Below, piece after piece: positions 53,591 through 62,047 of a DNA stretch of 64,000 nucleotides (the stretch's first letter is position 1; every line of letters begins with the position of its first letter). The notes beneath the pieces are model-generated. The model saw only the letters and a list, made by a program, of their open reading frames with translations, had not been told where the DNA came from and ran no database searches. A program made the position numbers and the translations under genes. Origin of the DNA: a virus (taxonomy: Duplodnaviria > Caudoviricetes); the IMG/VR virus record IMGVR_UViG_3300020576_005098, positions 23,264 to 87,263 of that record. One strand, 5' to 3'.

Positions 53591-53644
53591 GATGTTTTCT
53601 TTATTCCTTTTCTTGTTTGCAGACGTTGTTGTTGTTGTTGTGAG

Positions 53645-53884
53645 TTAGTTGAGCTTGATTTCCTGGAAGCGGGTCTGAATCATCGAGGGAGACATCCGAA
53701 GAGCTTCGATGGTTCCGGGTCGCATTCCGGTTGTATCTCGGAGGAGGGGCCGAGTCAAGTACATTCGGAGGTCGCTGTCGTATCCGATCACCCGAATCTT
53801 TATTCGTTTCAGATCGAATCCCTTCATCTGAAACTCTTTGCCAATGAAACCGTTTGGATCCGTAACCTTCGTGCTGTTGCTCAT
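53645..53884 (-). CDS. hypothetical protein
   Basis: 79 aa. Confidence 0.55.
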   Translation of the reverse strand: MSNSTKVTDPNGFIGKEFQMKGFDLKRIKIRVIGYDSDLRMYLTRPLLRDTTGMRPGTIEALRMSPSMIQTRFQEIKLN

Positions 53885-53917
53885 TTGTTTTGTTCCTTTT
53901 TTGAGTTTGAGAATCAG

Positions 53918-54211
53918 TCAGAGGTTGTAAGAGGAATGAACAGCGTTGACAACCTTGATCATTTCTTCCGCACAGTTGTAGTAGTTGTCAATGGCAATCA
54001 ACATCGGCATAGTTCGACCGCTCATCTCGGCACGATGGGCCTGCCCTTCGGCAAGGTCACGGATAAACTTTCTTGCTTCCCCTGGAATGCTGGGATCATT
54101 CATTCCCATCACCTCCGCTGCTTCATCCAAGAGAGCATCGAGATCATTGGGGTAATGAAAAACACCATTGGCAACACGGCTGTGAAGTTCGTCGGCGGTG
54201 GTTTTGGTCAT
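53918..54211 (-). CDS. hypothetical protein
   Basis: 97 aa, first gene after composite promoter at 54262. Confidence 0.6.
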   Translation of the reverse strand: MTKTTADELHSRVANGVFHYPNDLDALLDEAAEVMGMNDPSIPGEARKFIRDLAEGQAHRAEMSGRTMPMLIAIDNYYNCAEEMIKVVNAVHSSYNL

Positions 54212-54261
54212 TGTTTTGTTCCTTCACTTTCGGAGGAGGCCGTCCGTCAGCCTATGTTCTG

Positions 54262-54325
54262 ACTCTACCAGATCGACCTCTTCCCATCAAGAACTTCTTT
54301 CGAGCCTCCTTGGCATGATCCTTGC
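54262..54325. promoter_or_regulatory. composite element 1: minus-strand sigma70-type promoter + plus-strand sigma54-like box
   Basis: TTGATG-N17-TAGAGT (minus); TGGCATGATCCTTGC (plus). Confidence 0.75.
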
Positions 54326-54396
54326 TGGGAGAATCAGAGGTCGATGCCTGGATTGATATAGTTGAAAGGTTGTGCAAGCGTTGAGAGGGATCTAGC

Positions 54397-54456
54397 CACC
54401 CCTATCAAAGACCAATCACCCCTATCAAAGACCAATCACCCCTATCAAAGACCAAT
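54397..54456. repeat. 3 x 20-bp perfect tandem repeat
   Basis: CACCCCTATCAAAGACCAAT x3 in noncoding DNA. Confidence 0.95.
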
Positions 54457-54720
54457 CTCCCCCCTGTTTCCCCTTGTTTGAATAACTTTCTTTGTTCAAG
54501 ACTATCAATCCGATTATCTCAATCACTTCACGCAGTTTTCATCTTTTCCTTGTTTCACAGTGTTTATTGAAACTAAGGTAAAAAACCGTGTTCCAGAGCA
54601 CCTGAGAGCGGTTTTGATTTTCGTGAAAGATGAAAACCGTGTTCTGGGGGCTCTGGGAGCGGTTTTTGTTTGATGTGTGGGAATATAGGCGACCTGAGTG
54701 TTTTTTGCAAAACTGGCGTT

Positions 54721-55068
54721 CTAGGGCATCTGGAGGGCCTTTTTGGCTGAGTGGATGAGGGAGGAGATGTTGTTGGTTCCGACAGGGTTTTGGGAATGGA
54801 TGCTGAAGTTTGGGATGGGGAGGTTATTGTCGATGCAGTGGTAGAGGAAGGGGTGGAGGAACTCGATTACGGTTGTTGTTTTACCATTGATATCTCGTCC
54901 GAGGTCATGGTCGAAGGAGATGAATGTTGGGTGAGTTTTGTAAGCGATGTCAATGCACTCTTGGACGGATCGAGCGATGACGGGTTGTCCGTGTTTGGCG
55001 ATGATGGATTGGAGGTAGTCTTGTGGGATGTAGGAGGGATCACGCTCATCGTCGATGAAGAGGAACAT
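54721..55068 (-). CDS. cyclic-phosphate processing receiver domain protein
   Basis: LFIDDERDP, ISFDHDLG, HSQNPVG. Confidence 0.8.
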   Translation of the reverse strand: MFLFIDDERDPSYIPQDYLQSIIAKHGQPVIARSVQECIDIAYKTHPTFISFDHDLGRDINGKTTTVIEFLHPFLYHCIDNNLPIPNFSIHSQNPVGTNNISSLIHSAKKALQMP

Positions 55069-55178
55069 TGTGTTAGTTTCCTTGTTGGTTGTTTTTGTGT
55101 TTCAGCGGCCCTGTTTTGCTGCTGCTTGTCGTTTGGCTTCTATATCTTGGTTTGTTGAGGGTGTCAAGAAAACGATCT

Positions 55179-55496
55179 TCACCCTTCGAGGTTGATGTAA
55201 GCGCCGGGGTGCTTCTGTTCCAAATCAACGAGAAGGTTCAGCAGAGCAAACTCAGCGCCCCTCCACGCGCCAATGCGTTCGATCACATCGTTCACTTCGA
55301 CAAGAGAGAAGCTGTTGTCACCCCAGGTGAAGCTGTTGTAAAAGAAGTTGTAAATGCTATCCGAGTCTTCGGTGTCTACACCGTCTTTACGGAACTGGTC
55401 GATGATGGTGGAGAGGGGGAGAACCTTGACAGAGAGGTCGAAGAGATTGCTGAGTTCGGTCACGTTCTTGCGAGCGGCGGTGGTGTTCGTCTTCAT
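55179..55496 (-). CDS. hypothetical protein (FTWGD family)
   Basis: SFTWGDNSFSLV...YINLE. Confidence 0.65.
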   Translation of the reverse strand: MKTNTTAARKNVTELSNLFDLSVKVLPLSTIIDQFRKDGVDTEDSDSIYNFFYNSFTWGDNSFSLVEVNDVIERIGAWRGAEFALLNLLVDLEQKHPGAYINLEG

Positions 55497-55502
55497 ATTT
55501 AG

Positions 55503-55566
55503 ACCTTACCAGACCTTGCTAGATCAATCAAGGACTAAATCTGAGTCCTCTTGGCATGAGTCTTGC
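55503..55566. promoter_or_regulatory. composite element 2
   Basis: TTGATT-N17-TAAGGT (minus); TGGCATGAGTCTTGC (plus). Confidence 0.7.
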
Positions 55567-55797
55567 AAGGTTGGCCGCCTTGGATTTCTCTTGGCCGGGA
55601 ATCGCCCCAGGATGCTTTTTAACGGCCTGGGAGGTTTGGGATGTGTCGGAGGTCGTTGGGAGGATTCAAGGGCCTGGAAGGTGCCTTGCTGAGTCAGGAA
55701 ATGGCGTATGTGATTTGGAGAGCGAGCATGAGGATGAGGGAAGAGATTGTGATGAGGAGAAGGAGGGATGTTACACGCATTAGAGTTTTTTTTGGAT

Positions 55798-56136
55798 TTA
55801 CTGACGCTGGAACAGGAAGAGTTGGCAGCCGAGGTTGTTTGTGCCTGAAACTGGACCCTTCAGTGTGTAACCTTCGCGGAGAAGGCGCTCGGTTCGTTGG
55901 GTGATGAAACTGTTTTGGTAGTTACAGTAGTATTCAACACGAACGTTTCCCATCACACAAGAAGTCTGATCATCCGAACACCTGGGAGAAGGAGTAGCAA
56001 CAACAGCAGAAGCAGTGTTTGTGGAAGTATGTCGAGGATTCGGTTCGGGCTTGGCGGAACCGACAAGGATTCCAGCGCAAAAACAACCCATTGCAGTAAG
56101 CATTGCGATCAAAAAGTTTGCTTGAGCGTTGTTCAT
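55798..56136 (-). CDS. putative secreted/membrane protein
   Basis: N-terminal hydrophobic helix, Cys pairs. Confidence 0.55.
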   Translation of the reverse strand: MNNAQANFLIAMLTAMGCFCAGILVGSAKPEPNPRHTSTNTASAVVATPSPRCSDDQTSCVMGNVRVEYYCNYQNSFITQRTERLLREGYTLKGPVSGTNNLGCQLFLFQRQ

Positions 56137-56142
56137 TGTTGT

Positions 56143-56454
56143 TTATCTGTTGGTGTTCTTGAAGAGATGAAAACAGGGAAGAGGACCTTCCAAGTCCAAA
56201 ATGTTCAACCTCTGGAGAAGTTCTGCAAACTTTGTTCCTTTCCAGTTTTTAATCACGAATCCAGCTTTCGGATCCAAGAAACTTTTGTCTTCAACATCCA
56301 GAAGAAGGCAAAGTCGAGTTTTGGTATCGTTGCGAATGAGAGACAGTGGAGTCAGGTTGTTTGTCAGAACAATCTCAACCTTGCCACCCTTCACTTCCTT
56401 TGTGAAAGTGTTGTCTTGTTGGGAAAAGCCTTCAGAAAGCAGTTGGTTTCGCAT
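56143..56454 (-). CDS. hypothetical protein
   Basis: Start ATG 56454 (MRNQLL) with GAGGAG RBS. Confidence 0.55.
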   Translation of the reverse strand: MRNQLLSEGFSQQDNTFTKEVKGGKVEIVLTNNLTPLSLIRNDTKTRLCLLLDVEDKSFLDPKAGFVIKNWKGTKFAELLQRLNILDLEGPLPCFHLFKNTNR

Positions 56455-56462
56455 GGTTTGTT

Positions 56463-56645
56463 TTACTCCTCCGATGAATCGGGTTCCTCGTCCAAAGGCT
56501 TGCGGGACTGTTCCATTCCGCAGCACTCGCAACGTCCGTGCTCACGGTTGCCGAGGCAACCCCAGGACATTACCATTCCATCGCACACAAGGCAACCCCA
56601 AAACTCGTTGTCCACGTCGTAATCACGAATGCTGTGTCGGTGCAT
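56463..56645 (-). CDS. small zinc-finger protein
   Basis: CLVC...CECCG. Confidence 0.5.
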   Translation of the reverse strand: MHRHSIRDYDVDNEFWGCLVCDGMVMSWGCLGNREHGRCECCGMEQSRKPLDEEPDSSEE

Positions 56646-56689
56646 GGCTTTACCTGTTTTGGAAGAGATTGGAAGAAGGGGAGAAAAGA

Positions 56690-56884
56690 TCAGTCGAGGA
56701 GGTCGTTGAGGAAGGCCATCTTGGGGTTGAAGCGATCCTTGTTTCGCTTGCTGCGCTTGTCCTTCATGGGACCAGCGGAGTTCCGCATGTGAGCTGCCAT
56801 GGCGAGGTGGTTTCGGGTGTGGTAATCGCTCATGGTCTTGGGGTTGGTGTCGTCGTGCCCGTTGTGCTTCTTGCTCTTGCTCAT
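56690..56884 (-). CDS. small basic hypothetical protein
   Basis: Start ATG 56884 (MSKSKKH). Confidence 0.5.
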   Translation of the reverse strand: MSKSKKHNGHDDTNPKTMSDYHTRNHLAMAAHMRNSAGPMKDKRSKRNKDRFNPKMAFLNDLLD

Positions 56885-56918
56885 GATGTTTTTGATCCTG
56901 TCGATTTGTGATGCGTTA

Positions 56919-57143
56919 TTATCGGGGGAAAACCACGTCGAGATTGTGAACAAATGACAGAAGCTGTTCAAGCTTCCTGGGAGTGATGTTGCCGTTGGTG
57001 CAGGTAATGTGCTCAAAAACAACGGAGCCATCAAGATCAAAACGAACAGCGGCGTCTGAGCCGAAAGGCCCCCTTTCACACACTTCCCAATCGCCACACT
57101 CAGACAAACGGAAAAAAACTACAACGCTGTTCTTCTTGCCCAT
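56919..57143 (-). CDS. hypothetical protein
   Basis: Start ATG 57143 with GGAAGGAAG RBS after promoter. Confidence 0.55.
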   Translation of the reverse strand: MGKKNSVVVFFRLSECGDWEVCERGPFGSDAAVRFDLDGSVVFEHITCTNGNITPRKLEQLLSFVHNLDVVFPR

Positions 57144-57171
57144 GATGTTTCTTCCTTCCGGGGATGATCTG

Positions 57172-57235
57172 ACTCTATCAGGTTTGGTCGCTGGAGTCAA
57201 CGAGTTTCTCTCGTTGGTCTTGGTACAAGGCTTGC
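57172..57235. promoter_or_regulatory. composite element 3
   Basis: TTGACT-N17-TAGAGT (minus); TGGTACAAGGCTTGC (plus). Confidence 0.75.
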
Positions 57236-57248
57236 AGGGACGTGGTTT

Positions 57249-57521
57249 TTACTCCTCTGGGAGTTCCCACTGGTCATGGTCGCAGTAATCACACGGGCGA
57301 CGCTGCCCTGCGCCGTTGACAACAACGTAAGTGTCACCACACATTGAGCACTCTGCCTCTTCTTCCTCTTCCTGCTCCTCAACAACCATTTCCAGAAAGG
57401 TTTGGAGTTTGTTATCAAGACCCTGGTCGCTGATGAACTCCAACAATAGACCAAGTTGGGTGGTTTCATTCCACCCTTGGCTGTCCACGAACTTCCGCAA
57501 AACATCCTTGGCGTTTTCCAT
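57249..57521 (-). CDS. hypothetical protein with C-terminal Zn ribbon
   Basis: Start ATG 57521; CSMC...CDYC. Confidence 0.6.
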   Translation of the reverse strand: MENAKDVLRKFVDSQGWNETTQLGLLLEFISDQGLDNKLQTFLEMVVEEQEEEEEAECSMCGDTYVVVNGAGQRRPCDYCDHDQWELPEE

Positions 57522-57558
57522 GTTGTTTGATTCCTTGATGAGAAGTGTTGTTTGTGAT

Positions 57559-57777
57559 TCAGTAGAGGACGATGCCCAATCCCATACTGTCCCAGCGGGT
57601 TTCAGCCAGCTTGGGACACGCCTTTCGCGCATCGTTCAGGTCATAACGGCTGTCGAGAACGATTGCATGAGTCGTTGCGCCGAACATTCCACGACCGGAG
57701 TAATCTTCCCGGAGCGAAACCTCAAAACCCTTCTCGATGAGAATGTCGAAACAATCCTTGGCGTCGGTTGAGTTCAT
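57559..57777 (-). CDS. hypothetical protein
   Basis: REDYSGRGMFG...TRWDSMGLGIVLY. Confidence 0.65.
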   Translation of the reverse strand: MNSTDAKDCFDILIEKGFEVSLREDYSGRGMFGATTHAIVLDSRYDLNDARKACPKLAETRWDSMGLGIVLY

Positions 57778-57809
57778 TTTGTTTCTCTTTCTGTCTCGGT
57801 GATGATCTG

Positions 57810-57873
57810 ACTCTACCAGACCGAGCCGGGAGAATCAACGAGTTTCTCTGAGGCTGCTTGGCACGAAGCTTGC
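57810..57873. promoter_or_regulatory. composite element 4
   Basis: TTGATT-N17-TAGAGT (minus); TGGCACGAAGCTTGC (plus, perfect sigma54 consensus). Confidence 0.8.
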
Positions 57874-58113
57874 TCAGAAGGTGTAGGGCTTTGCCCGAAG
57901 AAACTGCTTCTCCCTGTCCCAAGGGCTTCCGACAGTCAGCCACCTGCCAAACTCCACACGCAACCACTTATCGAACACAAGGGTTTCGCTTCGGGTTCCG
58001 ATGCGAATGTGAACCTCGGAAGGAGTGATCTTGACGATCACACCCTGATAATGGTCACAGTCATTCGGAACAACATCGAAATCAACCACGTCGCCAACCT
58101 GGATCTCGTTCAT
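57874..58113 (-). CDS. hypothetical protein
   Basis: Start ATG 58113 (MNEIQVGDVV). Confidence 0.55.
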   Translation of the reverse strand: MNEIQVGDVVDFDVVPNDCDHYQGVIVKITPSEVHIRIGTRSETLVFDKWLRVEFGRWLTVGSPWDREKQFLRAKPYTF

Positions 58114-58146
58114 TTTGTTTGTTCCTGGTTTGTAGATTTGTTTGTG

Positions 58147-58217
58147 GCCCAACTGCAAGGATTCGAACCTTGACTTACTTGCGCGCTGTGTCGTGCTTCC
58201 GTTACACCACAGTTGGG
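58147..58217 (-). ncRNA. tRNA-like RNA without anticodon helix
   Basis: CCCAACTG/CAGTTGGG acceptor, GTG-TAACGGAAG-CAC D arm, CAAGG-TTCGAAT-CCTTG T arm. Confidence 0.6.
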
Positions 58218-58268
58218 GATGATTGCCGGGAGTTTTTATCAGAAGATTCCCGGCAATCTTGTTAGAAG

Positions 58269-58712
58269 TCAGTCGAGGACGACGGTTTCGCCTTCGGTGA
58301 TGATCACCTCATCCGTCACCGCAGCAGGCGCCGTCTCGGTCGTTTCCTCGACGGCGGGGCCGGAAGTGCTCGTGCCGGGCTTGCGACCACGCTTCCGAGG
58401 CACGAGGCAACCGTGCTTCTCAGCGAGGGTGCGAATCATCGCACCAGTGCAGTTGTAAAGCTCCCCAATGTCGTTGTAAGACAGGCTCGGGTCCGAGCAC
58501 AGCGCCCGGAAATCCGCAAGATCATCCTCCACCACGCTGCTGATGGTCTTGCGCCGCGGCTTGGCGTTGATCGCCCCCTCGACACGAGCCCAGACCTCAT
58601 CGGTCATCTGACCAAAAATGCCCTCCAGGGCGATACGAACAGGGTTCATCACAACAGTCTCCTCGGTGGTGGTGGTGGCAACGACGGTGGAATCGGTGGT
58701 GTTCGTGGTCAT
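58269..58712 (-). CDS. putative DNA-binding protein (HTH-like + AT-hook-like)
   Basis: LSYNDIGELYNCTGAMIRTLA; PRKRGRKPG. Confidence 0.6.
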   Translation of the reverse strand: MTTNTTDSTVVATTTTEETVVMNPVRIALEGIFGQMTDEVWARVEGAINAKPRRKTISSVVEDDLADFRALCSDPSLSYNDIGELYNCTGAMIRTLAEKHGCLVPRKRGRKPGTSTSGPAVEETTETAPAAVTDEVIITEGETVVLD

Positions 58713-58759
58713 TTTGCAGTCTCCTTTGTTTGTGTGTGGTTCGTTCCTGGGATGTTTTT

Positions 58760-58823
58760 ACTCTATCAGACCTTCTCTAACCGGTCAAGGAGTTCTTTTG
58801 AGTCTCCTTGGCATGAATCTTGC
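58760..58823. promoter_or_regulatory. composite element 5
   Basis: TTGACC-N17-TAGAGT (minus); TGGCATGAATCTTGC (plus). Confidence 0.78.
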
Positions 58824-58928
58824 TAGAAGTTCTCCAGATCGAGGCAACCGCTGGTGCAAACGAAAAGACACAGAGCCGTGAAGAGCGTCTCGATCATGTT
58901 GTCCTCCTTGCCGTCTTCCGATGATCTG

Positions 58929-58992
58929 ACTCTATCAGACCTTCTCAAACCGATCAAGGAGTTCTTTTGAGGCTCCTTGGCACAACCTTTGC
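58929..58992. promoter_or_regulatory. composite element 6
   Basis: TTGATC-N17-TAGAGT (minus); TGGCACAACCTTTGC (plus). Confidence 0.75.
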
Positions 58993-59096
58993 AGGCTGCA
59001 TCTTTCGGCATGGGCCTTACAACGGGCAACCAGGATTTTGAGAATCGCTCCAGGAGCCTTTTCTGTGACAGGGAGCAGTGGTCTTGGGTGTGAGGT

Positions 59097-59139
59097 CGTC
59101 AGAAATGCCGAAGGCCCCGGAAGGGGCCTTCTCGTGTCA
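59097..59139. terminator. hairpin repeat copy 1, possible terminator
   Basis: GAAGGCCCC-GGAA-GGGGCCTTC within a 43-bp unit repeated at 63057. Confidence 0.55.
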
Positions 59140-59374
59140 GGAACGAAGTGCTGGGAGGTTGGGTCACTTGACGCTGGGATATTGCTGCTGGAAGTTATCG
59201 AGCATTTCCTGAAGATTCTTTTGAACTTCATCATAATGCTCGGGGGCACTTTCTCGAAGACGTTCCAAGCCTTCACCGAAAACACGTTTCATGTCATCAA
59301 ACATGGCCTGGAGTTCTTCGGGAGAATGTTTGTGTTCGTTCATGGCTTAACCTTTCCAGCAAACTTCATTCGTT

Positions 59375-59686
59375 TTACCCTCTGTTTACGATCTTGTCAT
59401 CACGAATGTCAAAGCCGTTTGCACTTGCCCAAAGGTCGCGGGTTGGAATGCGGGCACCGCCAGTGTAATCGCCCTTGGGAATAGTGGTTTCATTACCACA
59501 CTCACAACAACGAAAAATCGTCTTGACTTCGTTATACGGTTCGCCCCTCATGTCGAACTGCAAGGATTGCGTTTGATAAAGGTCACACCATTCAATCAAC
59601 AGCGTGGCACCACAACCATCCTCCCCAGCGCACTTGTATTCTTTCGACCAACTCTTTCGGCCTGGACCCTTTTGAATGACCTTCAT
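59375..59686 (-). CDS. Zn-binding hypothetical protein
   Basis: C...CG...CCECG. Confidence 0.6.
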   Translation of the reverse strand: MKVIQKGPGRKSWSKEYKCAGEDGCGATLLIEWCDLYQTQSLQFDMRGEPYNEVKTIFRCCECGNETTIPKGDYTGGARIPTRDLWASANGFDIRDDKIVNRG

Positions 59687-59694
59687 GATTTTGT

Positions 59695-59916
59695 TTACTC
59701 CTCCACTTCCATTTCGACAACGCTATACCCGTCGTATCCAGCAAACTGCTTGTGCTCGCACGGAGCATCGTTGCAGTGTTCGTAACGAGGATGCTCACGA
59801 AGAAGGTCGCACAAAGCCTTGGCCTTCTTTTCGGAGCGAAAAGCCTTGAGGTTCCTGTCCGACTCGTAATCAATGTGACCCATCACGATCCAAACCTTGT
59901 CGGCGTTGTTGCTCAT
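59695..59916 (-). CDS. hypothetical protein
   Basis: 73 aa. Confidence 0.6.
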   Translation of the reverse strand: MSNNADKVWIVMGHIDYESDRNLKAFRSEKKAKALCDLLREHPRYEHCNDAPCEHKQFAGYDGYSVVEMEVEE

Positions 59917-59944
59917 GGTGTTTTCTTTCGTTGAAAGTTGATTT

Positions 59945-60020
59945 TGGTGGAACCCTCGGGAGTCGAACCCGAAACCACCCGGTTAAAAGCCGGATGCTCT
60001 GCCAATTGAGCTAGGGTTCC
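59945..60020 (-). tRNA. tRNA-Lys(TTT)
   Basis: Reverse complement GGAACCC...TCCGG-CTTTTAA-CCGGG...GGGTTCC-A-CCA. Confidence 0.93.
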
Positions 60021-60244
60021 AATGAACTTGAGAAACCATTTATTTCTCAAGTTCAAACTAACCAAGTATACGTTTGCATCCATCAGGTTTGCATTATTCA
60101 AGGCGTCGGTGGTTTACATGACCCCACCCTCTTTTCTACATTGTTTCTCTTGTTAGAATCAACCACACAACCACAGGTTTTTAGTTTTGCGTCTTGAAGG
60201 TTTGCTTTTGTTTACACTACATCATTGGAACTTCACTTTCTGTT

Positions 60245-60514
60245 TCAAGGAGTTTTGGTAAACGCCCAGGGAGAAGGAAGCGGCTTCGGAAGGTGTGGAT
60301 TGTGTTCTGCAATACGCTCACGCCGAAGCCAAACAGCCTTGGTTGGAATGTCGCTCGGCTCGGCGTGTCGAGCGCACTTCTCACAGATTGCAACCTGCTG
60401 GCCAGGAGTACGATCCTCCAACATGGTCCAAAACGGAGTTTGCTTGCGGCAGATGCAACACTTCTCAGAACCACACACGGAAAGGGACTCCGGCTCACGC
60501 TCAATCTCAATCAT
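60245..60514 (-). CDS. small zinc-binding protein
   Basis: CCICR...CEKCA. Confidence 0.55.
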   Translation of the reverse strand: MIEIEREPESLSVCGSEKCCICRKQTPFWTMLEDRTPGQQVAICEKCARHAEPSDIPTKAVWLRRERIAEHNPHLPKPLPSPWAFTKTP

Positions 60515-60543
60515 TTTCTTACCTCTCGTCTTGGGATGGTCTG

Positions 60544-60608
60544 ACTCTACCAGATCAGGCTGCTGGAGTCAAGGAGTTTCTCGGAGGTGCTCTTGGCATG
60601 GTCTTTGC
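60544..60608. promoter_or_regulatory. composite element 7
   Basis: TTGACT-N17-TAGAGT (minus); TGGCATGGTCTTTGC (plus). Confidence 0.75.
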
Positions 60609-60618
60609 AGGATCCTTG

Positions 60619-61194
60619 TCAGCCGATAAAGTTGATGTTCAGAGTCACATTCTTTCCAAGAGTCAATCCGTGCTTCGCAAGCACAGCGGAAACTTCTTCT
60701 TCTTCCCCCAAAATCATTCCATGAGCAACAGGATCAAAACCTTCAGGAAACTTCGTTTCTTTGTCGAAGGTTGCATACCTCAGGTCTGCACCCTCCAGGT
60801 CTGCATCCGTCAGGTCTACACTCCTCAGGTCTGCACCCTCCAGGATTGCATTCGTCAGGTTTGCATCCTTCAGGCTTGCACCCGAAAGGGTTGCATACCC
60901 CAGGTCTGCACCCTCCAGGTCTGCACCCTCCAGGTCTGCACCCTCCAGGATTGCATACCTCAGGATTGCATTCCTCAGGATTGCATTCCTCAGGATTGCA
61001 TTCCTCAGGATTGCATTCCTCAGGTCTGCACCCGAAAGGTTCGCGTTCCACAGGTCTGCATTCACCAGGATTGCATTCCTCAGGATTGCATACCTCAGGT
61101 CTGCACCCGTCAGGATTGCCCTTTGACCCTTCGGGTCATTTTCAAGCCAGAGCTTGTGAAGACGGAGAACCTGCTTGATTTCGTTCTGATTCAT
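60619..61194 (-). CDS. pentapeptide repeat protein
   Basis: HKLWLE...G.RA then A(D/I/N)L(R/E)(N/G/Y) repeats. Confidence 0.92.
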   Translation of the reverse strand: MNQNEIKQVLRLHKLWLENDPKGQRAILTGADLRYAILRNAILVNADLWNANLSGADLRNAILRNAILRNAILRNAILRYAILEGADLEGADLEGADLGYATLSGASLKDANLTNAILEGADLRSVDLTDADLEGADLRYATFDKETKFPEGFDPVAHGMILGEEEEVSAVLAKHGLTLGKNVTLNINFIG

Positions 61195-61227
61195 GATGGG
61201 TCTTCCTTGGCTCTTGAAGTTGATCTG

Positions 61228-61291
61228 ATCTTATCAGAGGTTGCCGGGGGAGTCAAGAACTAAATCTGAGTCAGGTTGGCATGGAGATTGC
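61228..61291. promoter_or_regulatory. composite element 8
   Basis: TTGACT-N17-TAAGAT (minus); TGGCATGGAGATTGC (plus). Confidence 0.75.
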
Positions 61292-61697
61292 AAGAAGGTC
61301 GGTTGGAGGGCTCGCTGGTGATGGTGCAGGAAGTGTGAGTGCAAGACATCTCAATCTTGTTTGCAACACCAGAAGCGGGAGAAGGACTTCCAGCATAACA
61401 TTCCAATGGCAAACGATTGTTGCGATGTTCACATCGAACAGAAACCCGAGAAGAACGAAAGTGGTTTGCCGCTGTCTGAACAACAAGAGACCTTGCTTGT
61501 TCTCCCAACGTTTCTGACTTTACTTCGTCGGCGCAAATGCCCACCATGATGAATGTGAAAACGACGAAGACAATCACAATGATGTGAACAGCATCGCTCG
61601 CATGATTATCTTTCACCACAGGGAAAAGAGCAATGCGTTTCCAGAGAGGATCGCGCTTTGGAGTCGGAGGAACCCATGCTTCTCGAAAAGGAGTCAT
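61260..61697 (-). CDS. single-pass membrane protein with Cys-rich C-terminus
   Basis: Start ATG 61697 (MTPFREAW); TM IIVIVFVVFTFIMVGI. Confidence 0.55.
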   Translation of the reverse strand: MTPFREAWVPPTPKRDPLWKRIALFPVVKDNHASDAVHIIVIVFVVFTFIMVGICADEVKSETLGEQARSLVVQTAANHFRSSRVSVRCEHRNNRLPLECYAGSPSPASGVANKIEMSCTHTSCTITSEPSNRPSCNLHANLTQI

Positions 61698-61716
61698 TTT
61701 GGTTTTCCTGTTTGAA

Positions 61717-62046
61717 TCAAGTGTTGTTGGAGAGATTGATGAAAAAATCACCCCACTCCCCTGCTTCCTCCAGTGCATCCACCAAAAGGTTGAGAGGAGA
61801 GTCGGGGTTGGTGTCGTTGGTGTTTTCAACGATCTGACAAACAAGAGAAGTGAAAGAATCACCCTCTACCAGACATAGAGGAACCTTGATGTGGGTGAGC
61901 ACTCCGTATTCATCTTCCATCGCATCCACCAAAAGATCTCGAAAGAGATTGGAGTAATCCCCGACATCTTTGAGAAACTGGAGAATGCCGGAAAACTCCA
62001 CAACTCTGTATTCGGATGTGAGAGTGTGAATGGTGAGTGTCTTCAT
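61717..62046 (-). CDS. hypothetical protein (FTWGD-family-like)
   Basis: Start ATG 62046; EGDSFTSLV...FFINLS. Confidence 0.55.
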   Translation of the reverse strand: MKTLTIHTLTSEYRVVEFSGILQFLKDVGDYSNLFRDLLVDAMEDEYGVLTHIKVPLCLVEGDSFTSLVCQIVENTNDTNPDSPLNLLVDALEEAGEWGDFFINLSNNT

Positions 62047-62047
62047 G

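Noticed and set aside
53114-54262. 382-aa plus-strand ORF
   Set aside because: Antisense to three minus-strand ORFs that follow a clear minus-strand promoter; no recognisable motifs.
54397-54456. CRISPR array
   Set aside because: Repeats are directly adjacent with no spacers; no cas genes seen.
60295-61263. Cys/Pro/His-rich repetitive ORFs (CIPQD, CNPEE, GLHPPG) at 60295-61263, 60743-61051, 60761-61126, 60771-61178
   Set aside because: Shadow frames of the 15-bp periodic pentapeptide-repeat gene 60619-61194.
61855-61875. Extra composite-promoter copy (CTCTACCAGAC)
   Set aside because: Lies within coding sequence (CLVEGDSF) and lacks the -35 and sigma54-like box.
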